A DNA stretch of 64,000 bases, taken from assembly GCA_965644265.1 (NCBI GenBank), contig OZ286471.1, positions 54,560,001 to 54,624,000 of the forward strand, in the 5' to 3' direction. Source of the stretch: Glycera tridactyla (taxonomy: Eukaryota). The notes under the pieces were generated by a model that was not told the origin of the DNA, did not search any database, and saw only the letters and a program-made list of their open reading frames with translations. How positions within the stretch are numbered: the stretch's first letter is position 1; each line of letters starts with the position of its first letter. Of this stretch, positions 26,471 through 41,742 are shown in pieces. Both the position numbers and the translations under genes were made by a program.

Positions 26471-29400
26471 TACCCCGATTCATCATGCTACTTGATAGGC
26501 TATCAGCTTATCTGTATGGATTCAGTCTATTTCAGTCGATCCCATTCATCCTATCATGAACCCCCTGTACGAAACATACGGGAGTTACATTATATAACAA
26601 ACATGAACATATAAGCAGAATTTTACGTAAAATTAACTAGGGATTCGAAAGTACTCCACAACGTCATATTCAAAGCATCGTGGTATATAACCCATGCTTT
26701 CTCTACCACCCAGTACAATTTCATATCAGCCTCAATAACATCATGCGATGTTCAAGTATGATGGAATTTGACCATGAATCACCGAAACAAGTGACCTTGT
26801 TCAGTGACAATTGTTCCGAATCCGATCTGCATTCAATGCTTTACTTCAATGGATGGATGAGTGGGTAGGCTGATGGTAGGATGTTCGGTTGGATAGATAG
26901 ACTGGTTGAAGGCTGTGTTTCCCGCTGGATGGNNNNNNNNNNNNNNNNNNNNNNNNNNNNNNNNNNNNNNNNNNNNNNNNNNNNNNNNNNNNNNNNNNNN
27001 NNNNNNNNNNNNNNNNNNNNNNNNNNNNNNNNNNNNNNNNNNNNNNNNNNNNNNNNNNNNNNNNNNNNNNNNNNNNNNNNNNNNNNNNNNNNNNNNNNNN
27101 NNNNNNNNNNNNNNNNNNNNNNNNNNNNNNNNNNNNNNNNNNACTCAAGGACATTGAACAAGATATGGTTCTAGAAGCCATTGAAGAAGACTCATCCAAA
27201 ACAAAAGTGCCATCAACCATGGATGCTTGTTCGCACCTGTCCTCAGAATGCCGTTCCCATCCAATTCGCCACCACGTTTTCCGACCCTAAAATCGCTGCA
27301 GTCTGTGAGCTAGATGGGGAACTGCGCTGTGTCTTCGCTTCATTTGCTTATTCATCGTTCAAGAAACGCAGGCAGGATGTTACTTTGATGAAGTCTACCA
27401 GCCTACAGACGGCATAGATAGCGATGCCCTAGGGATGTCTCCTGCGCCATGTTGATATTGATCACAACTATTGTTCTTTCTCTTCACGTCGCCCGTATAC
27501 TGTCTAAATCACTCACCGTCGAGATGAGTCATTTGGAAGGAACGAAGAAACTGAGATCAGAGACACATAGTCTCTGATTTAGAGAAGAGAGGTTTTTGAA
27601 GCGCCGTTGAATTGCCGAAGAACAAAAAGCATATTGGAAGAATTATGGCCGATGAATAAGGAAAGTGGGAGCAGGCAGGTAGACAGGCAGAAAACAAACA
27701 GAAAACATACAGGCAGACAAACAGACCACCGACCAGACAAATAGAAAATGGATAAATGGATTTCAATCACTCAGATAGATACACAGGCAAAGAATCAGAA
27801 TCTGTAGAGACACATGCAGACATCGACACTCAGGCAGAGACAACGCACTGACACACTTTGGTATCATACAGAAAACATTATCAACACAAAAAAATGATTT
27901 CTACATGATATCAAACTCTCTATAATCCCACTTACACTACATCTTCATATCACTCTCACTGTCTCTTGCTCTCTCTTTTCCACTCACATACGCTCACCGT
28001 CTGTTTCTGATGTCAATCCTGAATTTGTTCTACCACCAATCGGATTCAGTAGAGGCCATTCCGAAATTCCATTCCTCTTCACTTCACAGACATTACTTCC
28101 TTCTCTCACTCTCTCACTCTCTCTTCTCTCTCTAACTCTCTCTATCTCTCTCTAATTCTTTATCTCCTCCTCCTCCCTAACGTCTGTGTTATGACAATCC
28201 AATTTTTATCTACCACCATCCAGATTCTGGAGAGGCAGTCTTGAAATATTCATCACTCTTCATTTCAAATACACAATCTTCCCCCTCTCTCTCCTTCACG
28301 CCTGCATGTGATGTCAATCAGGAATGCCATAATGGGATGGTGGGGTGCAGGTGTTGGTAAGAACCCCGGTGACGCTATCACACAGTGGAACGGGTCCCAT
28401 AGGCCCTACATTCTAGACAGTGTGTACGTTACCAAATCGCAATCAATACCTGCACACTATATACCGCCTGGTATATACCCTGTGTATCCCACAATTGATA
28501 CCTGATAAATCTGGATATTGCCATCACATCATGATAATTTCCACATTAGAAGGAGCATTCAATGTTGTATCAGAGCGAGAGCATATGATTAAGCTTATCA
28601 TGAGTGATCAAATTATGTTGATATTATTATTCTTCATGTTTTATTATGCCTGGAAATGTCCACTGTGGTGATTTTTCACGACGACAATCACAATGATTAT
28701 TGATCTCAGATACCAAGACCCTTTTCTGGGGATGGCCCATGGTATTCAGTGTTCCATAGATGTCTTGCATGCGCATGCTGGCCCTAAATCCCTGCTTCAA
28801 AATAATTCTACAAGTTGATAACGAGTTTGACTCCCTGAATATCGATATTCGCTCACAACTTAGATTAATACTTCCCCCTTCTTATGTCACCAGACAGCTA
28901 TATTGTGCTGGCTGAGGAAGAGACGCTGAATCGTTCCATGTCTATCGATCATTCACTGATGCTGTATTTTCCCTCATACCATTTTGCAGAGTGAAACTCC
29001 TATGGGAACCACTATCGGTGAGAGGAAAGATCTCGATATCTCACTCGCGACACTGGGAACTAATGGGCATAATATTGCGTCATCCAATCCCACCAAATTC
29101 TGTAAATTACAAACGCAACCTTGGTATACAATCACGAATCTTTCAAGTAATTGTTGTTGTAGTAGATTTTATTCTCAAAAAGTCACGGAGCGACCTCGCT
29201 ATAAAAGCACAAGTCTCTCGAGTAATTGTTGTTGTAGTAGGTTTTATGTTCAACACAATACAAGATCCAATAAAATACAGAATACAATACAAATACTAAA
29301 TGTCCGATAATTCTATGACCAATGGTTCGGGTTCAGAGTCAATCCGATCAAACAATTGAGAAGATGTAGGGAGGATAATGAATCTCACATGAATGGAGAT

Positions 29401-32400
29401 GCACTAAGTGATGAGCCTGTTGGTTCCATCATATAGTCAGACATCTGATTTGCTTGAAGTTCGAACATTGCCTGATGGTCTGGATGTGAAATAAAATGAA
29501 ACTGATCGACTTTCAATTAGGAAAACCGTTAGTCTTTTTCAGTGGGCCCTGCCCCTCCCAATGACCTCATTTTCGATTCAAGTCACGTTTATTGTCGCAT
29601 AGCTCATTATTATGACCGCTACCGAGATAAGCATAACTTGATGACGTCATGAGCAATAATGTTGACACACGCTGGTGAATAAGGTACACTCCAGACGAAA
29701 TTGAATGTGGCATTGTTGTGAGTCGTGAAAGTTGATCAGGGATGCTGGTAGTGTGATCCATCAGTGCAGGTGAAGGTGAACATGTAGCATCAGCACAATA
29801 TGAATACCTCATCATATGACTGATGACTGGCGTTTCTCATGCCTGACCATAATATATGGCATGACTTCCCATCCCATTCCACATCTGCATCCTTCTTCTG
29901 GCNNNNNNNNNNNNNNNNNNNNNNNNNNNNNNNNNNNNNNNNNNNNNNNNNNNNNNNNNNNNNNNNNNNNNNNNNNNNNNNNNNNNNNNNNNNNNNNNNN
30001 NNNNNNNNNNNNNNNNNNNNNNNNNNNNNNNNNNNNNNNNNNNNNNNNNNNNNNNNNNNNNNNNNNNNNNNNNNNNNNCCGAAATGTTGGTCTTTTTACC
30101 CGTGTGAGTTGGCGGTCGGCTTGCATTTTCTTCTAGGAGAATTGGTTTTGAGAATGATCTCGTGGGATGATCGTCGCATTCACCCAATGGGGGTAAATCG
30201 GAGTTATTTCACCAACCCATCAATCTAGAATTATCTTATATAGTGTTGAGACTAGAATTGATATCTACGGAGTGATGATAGTGAAGAACTTCTGGATTGG
30301 TGACAAAGATTGGTCATCAGACAGTGATTTCAGCCTGCATGACAATGTACGAGAATGCTTGCGTGACTGTCGAATTCTAGACACTTCTCTCGCACTTGCA
30401 GTGACAATGGAGTGCGTGACGGCTATGATTTTTCTTCCAATACGACAACCTTTTGATAATTAATCAGTCTCTCGCCAGTCATGAACATTACCGAACACGC
30501 GGATCATGTCAAGTTGTCACTATCACGCTGACGTCACAACACATAACGACTTTGTTTTATTCAACCTTCCACCGAGGAGATAGATGTCCCTCATTTATTC
30601 CCAGTTGTTTCATGTCGCCTTCAAGGATGCAAGCTGTGTCGCACACAGCCATGAGTTGTTGCTCATTCTTATTACAGGATAGACAGAATTACAAAATATA
30701 AGGCATTCTCCCCATAGTTGGGACATTCTTATGACAATTATTTCACGAGAGAATTTGAGATGATTCAGCCAATCAGGGCATTCTGTTTCCACTGCGGGAG
30801 GGTCATTCTTTGCGTTATTCAGTTTATTAGGAGATTCGAAAGTGTTTTGCCAGACTGAGTCGGGATTATCTCACGCTGAATGACTCATTCACATTGTGAT
30901 TGAGTTACATCGTTGTTATATTCATTTCATAGTGTAGTTTGGCAGAATCATGCCACACGAAACAAAAAAGTCATTTCCACGATAAGTGGTACATTCCCCG
31001 TGCTATAAACTTCACAGAGATTATTTTGTCAGAGACAACAAATGAGTCATTTGCACTGTGGATGAAGCATGTCTCATGTTGAGAGAATATGGCTAGACAG
31101 ACATGTCACCCACGACGTTCATGTTTCGCATGTCAATGTAAGCAAACCAGCCACTTGAGAAATCCTGTCTGAACTAATGACATGTCATCTTCATGAACCG
31201 GCACATAACGTGTCCTCCCTTCTCGCTATCTCCATCTCAGAGGTGAACAAATGAAAAGCTCCGATTTACATCCACTGTTGAAATTGTTCCAGCTTATTCA
31301 TCATAACGATAATTGTGGATGTCTCTCGATTCATGGAAAGTTCTCTTGGCACCAGATTTATCAGAAATGATTCGAATACAGGCTCTGAACTTTGAGTCTT
31401 GATCTTCTTTTTTTGTGATCGAGGATATTTGTGAGACTCGACCCCCGACGTCTAGGGCTTATGCTGACCGCTTGGGTCCTGTGTGGCTGAATTTCAATTG
31501 CCCATGGTCTGCAGTGAACGCAATGAAGTCTGAGGCTGAACGAGCCGGCAGTGGAGATTTACACTGCATATATTGCCTGGATTTACAAAGTCAGGCTCGC
31601 AATAGCATGCATATGATAGGAAATGGGCAGAAAGACCCATCCGACCTACCAAAACTTTTACGGGTTTAGGTCATTGGCCTTAGAGCTGATTGTACTCACT
31701 AATATTTGCATTCACATTCCAATTACCTGGCACCGATGAGAGAGATATGGCTTTATAAACATGACTAGTTGGTTGATGTTTTCGATGCATTCATGTAAAA
31801 TTCATTTATGTAAAATTCCGATGGATACCTACTGCGAATACCCCATGATATAAGGTACATATTCGGCACGTGATTCCGTTCCTTTTCTATCAATATGTGG
31901 GTTCGAATAATATTTGATGGTGGTAATATATGTTGAGGTTACTATTCATATCATATCTTTCTCGTCCTATCATCCTAGCTACTGTATTATCCCTCTCTAT
32001 ATCCGACACAATTCTTATCCATTCGAGTATCTTCATAAAAAAACAATTCAGTCTCTTTCATTGAAAATTGGATCACAATACAAGAAAATGTATCCTGCAT
32101 AACCTTAAAATCAGCGATTGATATGTATATGAATCATGTTTAACATCATCAGACTGGCAAAGCTGATATACTTCTGAATGGAGGATTCGACATCAAAGAC
32201 CCTTGATCAATTAAAACCAGTAACAAGAATTTCCAGCACAATCAGCCATTAATAGTCGATAATATTCCGAACTTGATTCGTGGTGGTTTTCCCTAACTCT
32301 TGTCTTCCTTCTCATAAAAAATAAAGGTAAGGAGGAGTAGTCATTGAGGATGCTTGAAGTGCTCTTCGAATTGCCGCTACATAAGGAATACAGAAACAGC

Positions 32401-35400
32401 CAGCTCTATATGAAAAATCTACGCAGCATATGTAAGTGTAACACTAGGAAGAGTGGGATCGATTCTGGTGCATGACCGATAATCAGCTCAACACAGAAAA
32501 TCTCGATCATGACGTCAATTTATTTGATGTTCATATTTTGAAAAAAAAACTAAAAAAATCTATGCGTGTCAAATGTGACTTCGAGGTAATAGAGACAAAA
32601 GTGAAAATGTCTCGAGATTAAAGATCCATCAGCCTTTGTGTCGACTTGTGTGATCATCGTGCACTTAGTGAGTTTATCTCCCGAGGCGATCCTGATCTGG
32701 TCGATGACCGGGCATTGTGGGCCATTCCAAATTCTAGCTCACCCGTCCAGGGACTGCTTCATCAATGTCCCAACGCACACACATTCGGTAAGCATACCTT
32801 CCCCATCCTAGCTTGTGAAACCGTCAAATACGTTCTGGGAAGTTTCTACACTGTGGTGAACAGACACTGATGACCAGATCTCCGAAGAGACTTGTCGAAT
32901 ACATTGAGATATCATGAGGTGAATCTCCCACACCAAGGGGATATTTCACAATATGTCTAAAATAACCCTGAAGACCATGCTGATTAGCATTCCAGACAAG
33001 GCGATCTCTGAGATACCCAGAGTTCCGCTGAGGTCAACTGGAATCAGCATACTGTGAAACACACTGGGAAGGGAGGTCAGCATCTGCATTACGAATGACT
33101 CTTGTCACGTGGTTGATGTCGGATCAATTTAGGGTATGATGCATCTCTTGGGCTTCATCAGTTGATTCTGTCATTGTGTTGTCTTCCCTATGCAGCATGT
33201 CTGACCTCTGATGATCCACTGGATATCCCCTGGGGATGGGAGATGTGCAGGGCATGCGTCACATAAGTGCTAGACTATATCGATCTCTGACAAACAACTT
33301 CCCCTCCAAGATTCGTATGTACTTCAGTGCAGCATGTGACCAGAGCTACTGTGGAATGTGCCGGACCGTTATTATGAATCTGGACTGGCTGCTCAATCAA
33401 ATTCTGAAATGTCCAAATTCCACGTACTAAATATGAGGTGTTGATAAACAGCCGTCATGAGTTATTAGGCTTCAAAACCTGGGATATTTCCCTTTAACAA
33501 ATCTGATTTGCATTGTGAACCATCAAGCATAACAAGTTCAGAATTGAAACCATTGAGGGAGTCATTATCCTCTATCTGAAGACGGTCGATCTCTGACGTA
33601 TGATTCTCTTGAGAGGGGGTAGGTTGATTTTGGCATGGGTTGGCGATGTGCATTTATGAAAAGCCAGTCACTATTCGTTTTGCCTCTAATTCCACTGAAT
33701 ACTATGATTAATTGATTCTCAACTCTCAGAAACGAATGAGGTATGGGTCCCCTTTTTTCAATTATCAAATATGATATAGTCTAACCTTGCTGAATGGTAT
33801 CACTTATAACGCATACAATCTAATATATCAGGAATGTAATCATTCGTGACGCTAACACTAGAGGCAATCATCCAGTCTGCACTCGCAACTCTTATAAAAA
33901 CTTATCATCCTTTTTTATTCTGTAGAAAGGAAATGCTGAGCTGATCATTGATAGCGACCAGAGTGCACTGCCTCCCAGTTCACCTACTAAATAGTGTTTA
34001 GATAAATATTTGAGCGAACAGGTTTCTTCATCATTCACCTATCTTACTGACATTTACATATATGGAGTTGTAAGAGTTATATGAGAGCTTCTTCACGAGA
34101 CTCAAGATGGAGCAGATGGTATGTGTATTATTTGTAAATCATATATGCGTCTTGCCAGGAATTGGTGCTACGTCTCTTTCACTTCTTTCCTACTAGTTTC
34201 TCTGTCTAGCAATCTCCCTCAGAACCATTTACTCTACTCGCGACGGAATTCTAATCCAAACTGATGCATGGTTGGTGAAATCCAATATCACGTAAAATCA
34301 CTTCTACGTTAAGTAATACAATGATCCGTTTCCGGCTATAATCGTTCTGATCAACCTCATCATAATTGAACATTGACTTGTGTTGTTCATCCTGAGCTCG
34401 ATTATTCCTCGAGGTAAGTCTTGCAATGCGAATGAGGTTGACTGAGTCGAATGTAACAGAGTGTGTCACTTCGTAGTAGGAGTATACTTTGAGATTTGAG
34501 AAAGCGGGTGATACTGTACACTGCAGGTATCACCTGACCCTGAACACAAGATGACAGGAAATCCGAGAAGGCGTTCAGCTATCTCGGCCATTGCCATGAT
34601 AAATTTATAAGCACCTGATACTTCTGAAGGGTGTATGGACCGATGTGTCAGTATTGTCCTGTGAGATTGAGTTGGTTTATATGGCATACGCAATGATACG
34701 TTACCCACCATCACTGCATAATACCTGACCTCGGTCATCTACATTTGGGATAATCTTCCTTTTATCTGATATGCTTCTGAGATAACCGGATTATTCTACA
34801 CACTCCACAAGCAGCACTCAACTGGGATTCATTCCATCTATCAAGTTCATATTGCATTAGGAAAGAAAAAAGGATATCTCCCGGCTCAAGGACGGGGTGA
34901 AATTGGTAGCTATTCCTTCGCAAACTCCAGATAATCCATAAGAACCACAATCACCAAGATATTGGGTATTTTCCTCAGAGAGCCGATATGGGTCCTTGAT
35001 GAAGCATATTGCAAAGCTAGTTGAAGCATGCCTTGAAACTGCTCCATCATAAACTACGGAGCTCATCGAGGACGATAACCCGAAAGAACTACAATCGCCA
35101 ATCAGATCTACGGTGGTCTCCGGGAAAAGCTGGCTCATTTCCCAAGTGAACCTACAATTGCATAGCTGATGATGCATATGGTAGTGCTGGGTCTAACGAG
35201 ATTCACTTGTATGATGTGTAAATCTAGATTTGTTTATGCAGCTATCCATGTAGCATTGACATAATGATGTGATTGTTGACATATGAGGCTGCTCGTGAAA
35301 ACATCCACAGGTGAGTCTGAGTATTGATGGATAGCTTTCACAACATGACGATTCACTCAGAAATAGTATAGAAATAATCAGTCTGCATTCGGATGTGTGA

Positions 35401-37141
35401 ACTGTCCTGAATTGTCCTGCTAGAGTCCGTTGCATTGCTGATCAGATACATTACCCCATCATATTAATTTTCTAATGAACATATATGAACAGTATGCTGA
35501 TATAATGAGATGTAATGAAAGGTGAGCACTCGAAATCGGAGATCACGTGTGCTGATTCGCAATGATGCAGCGCGATTGATATTCTGAGTAGCTGCACTTG
35601 AGTCAAACTCTGTGACGAAGAAATTCCGCCCCAATTGGTGTCCATTAGACTGAGTGATATTCAGGGCAATGTATTTGTCACCCTTGTTTGATAGATCTTC
35701 AACAGAACGAAATCAGTTTTGTGTCGGCAGAGTCATTCACATCACTTTATAGAGCACTGATAGAATTGCTGACAAGACAGGGTCGGAACCGATAGTGATG
35801 GATTCAAAGTTTCTCATTCAGTTTGTTGTAAATGTAGATGAGGAGGGCGATATCACACTCTTTTGACAACATTTGGCTGTAGCCGACTGATTGGATTTCA
35901 TCCTATATTTACCGAGAGACCACAACGTAAACAATCACACAGCGAGTCTAATCATGAAAACAAACATTCGGACTACAATACCAGCTATCATATATCATCA
36001 TATGGATGAAATGAAGAGGGACGGCTATTCTCTCCAACTACATTTTTAACCTCGGACGCAGTCACCCGAAATAATGATGCTGCACTTGATGGAAGAGATT
36101 GTAATACAAACAAGAGCCAACTTGTACTACCTCATGTCATCTTGATACCAGTCCATTAATGAACACTTGGCTTCAATCACATGAGTTGCAGATCATTAAG
36201 TTACGTAGCATCATTTCTACAAGGGCCACCCCTCCACGAATACTCTTTCGACCCCATAAAATATATCTGGCATTTGGAGATGACGGCTGCAACTGTGATT
36301 CAATTTCTGTCCCAGAATATAATTCACATCAATTTCTGTCTCAGAATATAATTCACATCTTGATGCCGCCGTACATTTGCATACAGAGTTACTCAACTTT
36401 ATGTCATAATAATGCATGCCATTTGAAATTACTAACTGTTATTGTGATTACAGATGACTGAAATATCAATCACTCCATGGCAACCAGGCAGGTACAAATC
36501 TCAATCAAATCACGCGATCATCTGAATGTATATATATGTCGCGTGATTAGATATGCATGTACACGGGAGACCAGGACCTTTTTTTTCTGTCTTCTTCTTC
36601 TAAATGTCGTTACCTGTCCAACATATAAATTAGATCAAATGGCATATTATGTTCATTTCTCGATTCTCTGGAAGGTGATCATACTTCACTTTTTGTCGTG
36701 ATATAGCAAACGCCATAGTCATATTGAGCTGTATAACCTTCACATTAACTTTCAGCAGTTGACCATTCAGCAGTTGAGTTCATTCAGAATCGAGAGAATT
36801 AGATCGATGTAGTCCAGAGAGTTGGTTCATGAGTTTGGATGTCGACAGATAGAAGATAATCACGGCGTCTAAATGCAGAGCACGTATCCAGATAAATACC
36901 TTAATCTCGTACTGCTTTGTTTTGCTTTAGGTGAGGTCCTCCACGCTTACTTCACACCACGCTCGAATCAGGTAGCATTGTTTGCCAATACAAGAGTGTC
37001 ACATACTAATTGCTTTCGCATTTGTAGCAATTAGATGTCTTTCTTGTTTCACGTAAGGTGCCTTTCACACGAGGCAGCTGGTTCGGCCTTAAGTTTTTTT
37101 TTGAATCGAATGTTATTCTGCAAATTCACACACATATACAT

Positions 37142-38132
37142 TTATAACATCACTGGGAAAGTTAGGCTGAGAAGTGTGTGAAATTGGAATAATCTCCAAT
37201 GAAAACATTCAAGATTGCATGATATTCTCTTTTCATATATGCTCCGCACTGTGACACGTGCTTGTATTCTCCTCAATGAAATAGATCCTATAGTTGATGT
37301 GGCTTGTGAACATCTCATCAACGTGACAGCAGTCCGTATCTCTTGGTCATATTCAATAGAGATACATCTCAAAGAGGGTCCATCATACGATCGTTCGCGG
37401 GGGATCAACTGATTGACTGGTATTGATCTGGAATCGTTCTAACTCATAGTTGTTGATACAAGGATGATAATCACAAACTATAATCAACCTCGTTCCCCGT
37501 TCATATCATATATCTTACGTGAAAACCTATGTACATTTGCTTACATATACGGACTGCAACTGTCCTGGCATCCATACGAGTTACCCTCAAATTTTTGAGG
37601 TCATTTGTTCTTGACAGAACCAATATCTCATCCCGAATATGACTCTTCTTCTGAAATATCATTCAGTTTTTTCAATGAAACGTGCCCCAGCACCTGGTGT
37701 TGAGCAATTATGCAAGATCACGCGAACCTCCAACAGGATGTCAGCATGGTGATGGACAATATATAGTATCTTCTGAACATAGAAACCGGCGCAGAGCTTG
37801 TGATTGAAATAGATCATACAATCAGCAGTTCCTGCGCCAATAATTAACAGTACATTGATTCGAGGATAATATTTTGAACAGTAACTCAATCATTCATGTA
37901 TGTTTTTCACTGCATACCGTTCACATTCCATACATGACAGATTCGTTGAAATGATATCAAGCATACGCAAATATATAATTTCTAGTTCCCAAATATCTAA
38001 TTGGCAGACAATATCCATACTAGATATCGTGTGAATTGTTAGTCTCGGTCGTGCAATTGCTATCAGGGTAAAATGCATTTCTACGAGGTGGGGACGACTT
38101 TTCGTATTTTTATTATATGCGAAATGATGCAT
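37142..38132 (-). pseudogene. Decayed NLR-type LRR coding remnant
   Basis: ORFs 37890-38132 and 37659-37889 are in one frame separated by a single stop (PHLVEMHF, ELEIIYLRMLDII). These are followed by NDLKNLRVTRMD and, after a frameshift, GPSLRCISIEY and FHTLLSLTF (ORF 37142-37408). Confidence 0.45.
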
Positions 38133-39239
38133 TGGTCTATTGTGTGCAGGGGCTGGTCACTTGCGGCCAATTAGTCATTGATAATTGATGCCTTAACCAC
38201 CATGTGGTTCAACAGATCACGCGAACACAAACAACTTATTAATAGCTTCGTAATGAAGACACACTTGTTCTAGTTTTTGTCTCCCGTTTTCTTGTGTGCA
38301 AAGCTGCCAATTTACAGCGAGCAGGGAGCTTTGCTTGTCCCGCCTGGGCTATACAGGCACATAACTGTGAGCTTCACTCATCTGGTCCAGGATCACGAAA
38401 ATATCATTGAAGTTTTGAACGCTTTTTTTTTGTTCAGGGAGGGGTCATTGTTCTTGTTCTTCTTTCCCGTTTGAGCATGTATCATGTGTCAAACCGCCTA
38501 TATGCAGTGCTCGGCAGCTCCGATATTCCCGTTTGACCCATATACTCCCAGGCGTATCAATCATACCTATCCTGTTCAGGAACTTTGCATATGAGGATAT
38601 CGCTAAGGGCAGAACATAGAGTCAGTTGGGCGCCTCATTGCCGAGAGACAAGCAGAGGAACAACGTGAGATGCAAAATTGTGGAATAGGGTGAGGGAAAA
38701 TGAGACCGAAACTGCCTCGAAAAAGATCGAGTTCATATCATGATGGTCGAAGGCTCTGTAGAAAGATATCACATTTCAAGATTATGGAGCCATGGTCAAG
38801 GTTTTCTATGTTATTATTGCCATATTCACAAATGGAGCATTATCGAGGTGTCTGTATGCGAACAAAACATCCTGACTTGAATGGCTCCTTCAAGACTTCA
38901 GCACACTGACAGAACTGTCTCCCGGGAATACCCTTTTCTCCATTCAAACTGGTCATAGTAGGCAGGTACATCTGTACAGTGGCTGTTTATTGTAGTAAAT
39001 ACTAAAACATCCGACCAAATACGACTGTTTAGCCCAAACAAGGTCGATTCATACGTGGTATAATAGGATGGGTTTTTCATCGTTCACTGATGAGAAACAA
39101 GAGCAACAACTGTCTCGTTTTATAGTATAATGAGTACTCGAGTAGTCGAATGAAATATTCATGCAACTGCATGATATTTTACGAACGCATATCGTGTGTT
39201 TGCAAATAGTACTAATGATCAGGCATTCTGTCTGAAATC

Positions 39240-40080
39240 ATTATAATCCATCACATCATCAACCTGCCAAACTCCACATCTAACATAGCTCAGTTTCTTC
39301 GAATATTATCTCTTTTTTCATGTAATAGTCATCATAATCGTACAAGCTCAAAGTTAATTCGCGGTAGAATTCTCGATACAAATTGGCAATGAAACACTCA
39401 TAGTGTTGACTTCCCTTTTCAAGAACGGTGAAGTCACCCTCGTAGTTATATATTGCGCTATTTCGAGGGGAAAAACAGGTGAATTTGTGATGAAAGGAGA
39501 ACATTCAGTTCGATGTGTGACACTTGTTCGGGCTATGTACAGGGAGTACTTATCCTAATTGAGTGTGAAAGATAGGATAAGAGATTGAAGGAAATCGAAA
39601 GGTTCCCCGTCAGACCACCTGGACGGAGCAATGACTTAACCATGGATCATTTTTTCATCGATAGGATCGATCGACTAAGCAGTAGAACTAAAGTCCTGTC
39701 GAACCAGCCTGAAATATATGAGTCACATCAGTCAGAATATATTCTCTTATACTTCGGACATCCGAAAATACTTCAATTCATTATTTTCTCGACACAACTC
39801 TCCACGAGCAGGCTCCTGAATATGGCTTCGGGCGCCTCCGACCCAGAGAATTTAACAGTCGAATTTGAATGATGATAAGGTGATTACGTCATTCATTATA
39901 ATCCTGAGAACCTTGGATGAATTGATGCATCTTACCATCCAATATTCAGATATCATGGATAAACACACATCAGATCAGTCTTTTAACCAATATTGGCTCA
40001 TCCCGCTTGGACTGAGCAGCGTCAGTACATTGATAAGTGGCAATTCCCTCGCCAGTGTAATGAGAAAGCTTCAAATATGA
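39240..40080 (+). pseudogene. Decayed NLR-type LRR coding remnant
   Basis: SNIAQFLRILSLFSCN, ORF 39585-39872 (PEIYESHQ...ENLTVEF) and ORF 39865-40080 (ILRTLDELMHLTIQYSDIMDKH). Confidence 0.45.
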
Positions 40081-41742
40081 CTGAAACATTCCACACAGAA
40101 AAGAGGTGGAATACTTATCAGCTCCCATGATGATACTGAGAAAGTGAAGATATCAGATGAAAGTCAGGGAGATTGTTGGATATCATGCCTAGATCTTATG
40201 CAGACACCACAATGCATTCTCAGTGATCGGACGTACTTAACTGAATTCACCCTCACATAAATAGTCATGTCTACACAGCATTTGGCGATTCATGCGGTTC
40301 AGTGAATCCTAAAGCTAGTTCGGCCTGGTGAAAATAGCGTGTCGTGTGGTACATCAAAAACTTGGCAATTTGATTCGTTTACGCGATTTTAATTAGATAT
40401 TCACCTTTTGCCTTGCTTAAATGATGCACTTAACGTCAACCAAGGATATGAAATATGGAGGAAATGTGTCAGCTTTAACGGATCTCATTCGCCTGGTTGC
40501 TAGGCGATAATGACTGTTGATTACTATCGATGGATTCCCATGCCGCTGATTGGGCAAAAATGGGAGTCTGATTCCACAAAGAAATGGCTCACCAATGTTG
40601 GTTGATGTCCGTTGCTTCTTCAATGAAAAGCGCTGCATTGTGCAAGTCATTAATGCGATCTCGATCTCAACTTCAATCTCAATCTCAAATATCTCGTATT
40701 CACAATCTGCGAGAGCTGCCATTTTGAAAAGTAAACCATCAGTAACGGAACTGTTTTCAGTATTCCATTTCGCGTAATGGTCCACTTTGTTCACTGCATG
40801 AGGTCTCGATATAGCCCCTGGATGGCTGTTGAAATGACGTATCTCCCGCTTTCGTTTTTACACGATTGTGCATTCCCATATTTTGGCACTTTGCACATGG
40901 TCGTCACCTTAATGACTCAACATGTGGGAATGATGGTTGAAGGTTTCAGTCTCAGATTTTGTTGCCTGTCAAAAATGTCGTGACCTTACCCCGATTTAAC
41001 GTGAACATAGTCAGAATCATAGAGAATTCAACGTAGCACTCTTTGTAACATGCAAATGACGCCATATATTCTGAGGACCGATTTATCGGCTATGTAATCG
41101 ACGTGTCATTTATGATATTGAGAATTATTATGTTCGGTATTTCAGCCGGCAGAAGGTGATTCGGTAAACGTCTCTAATTTGGTGTTTTTTCGTCAGTCGA
41201 TGCCAAACCCTGCACTGCATCATAGGACGGAAGTTGCCATTTCCCTTGCCACGGGCCTACTCATAGTCAATGGCCGGTCCTCAGGTTTTCTCTCGAATCA
41301 TTTATAAGCAAGATTAATGCACCTATATACCTCCAGGAAGACGCCTTGGATCGTTTCTATGAATTCTCAGGACGCCCAAAATTGATCAAAGAATCAGAAC
41401 TAAAAATAGTGATGTATCTCACATTCTGGTATAGCAACCTTCGCCACAGTGACCACAGGATATTCTCGATATATACCGAAAGGTTCCCGCAATGGTCCGA
41501 CCTGACTTGTCCTTGATCTCACTGGAATGACACACATAATTCAGCTAGGTAGAAGAAAAAGTGAGTTAACCTTGTAGAAAGTTCCCTAAACGGACACACT
41601 ACTTGAATCGCTTTTGATTGATACAGTATTCAGATGTGGTGAGGCTGAAAATTCTGTCGGGCATTTGATACAGAGGCATGCACAAATTTCGGGTCTAAAA
41701 ATATGAGAAATGCCCTCATATATCGTATCGTATCATATCATA

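Noticed and set aside
28984-29310. 108-aa ORF with a duplicated SSNCCCSRFY and a possible death-domain-like HWELMGIIL in another frame
   Set aside because: The duplication is a short local DNA repeat and the protein resemblance is too slight to support.
33177-33215. IIRGQTCCIGKTT on the minus strand as a NACHT Walker A motif
   Set aside because: Spacing deviates from GxxGxGKT, a stop follows two codons later, and no convincing Walker B lies at the expected distance. Unresolved without a profile search.
32600-33700. LTR-retrotransposon pol remnant
   Set aside because: No YxDD, protease, RNase H or integrase motif found in the frames I translated, and no LTR pair.
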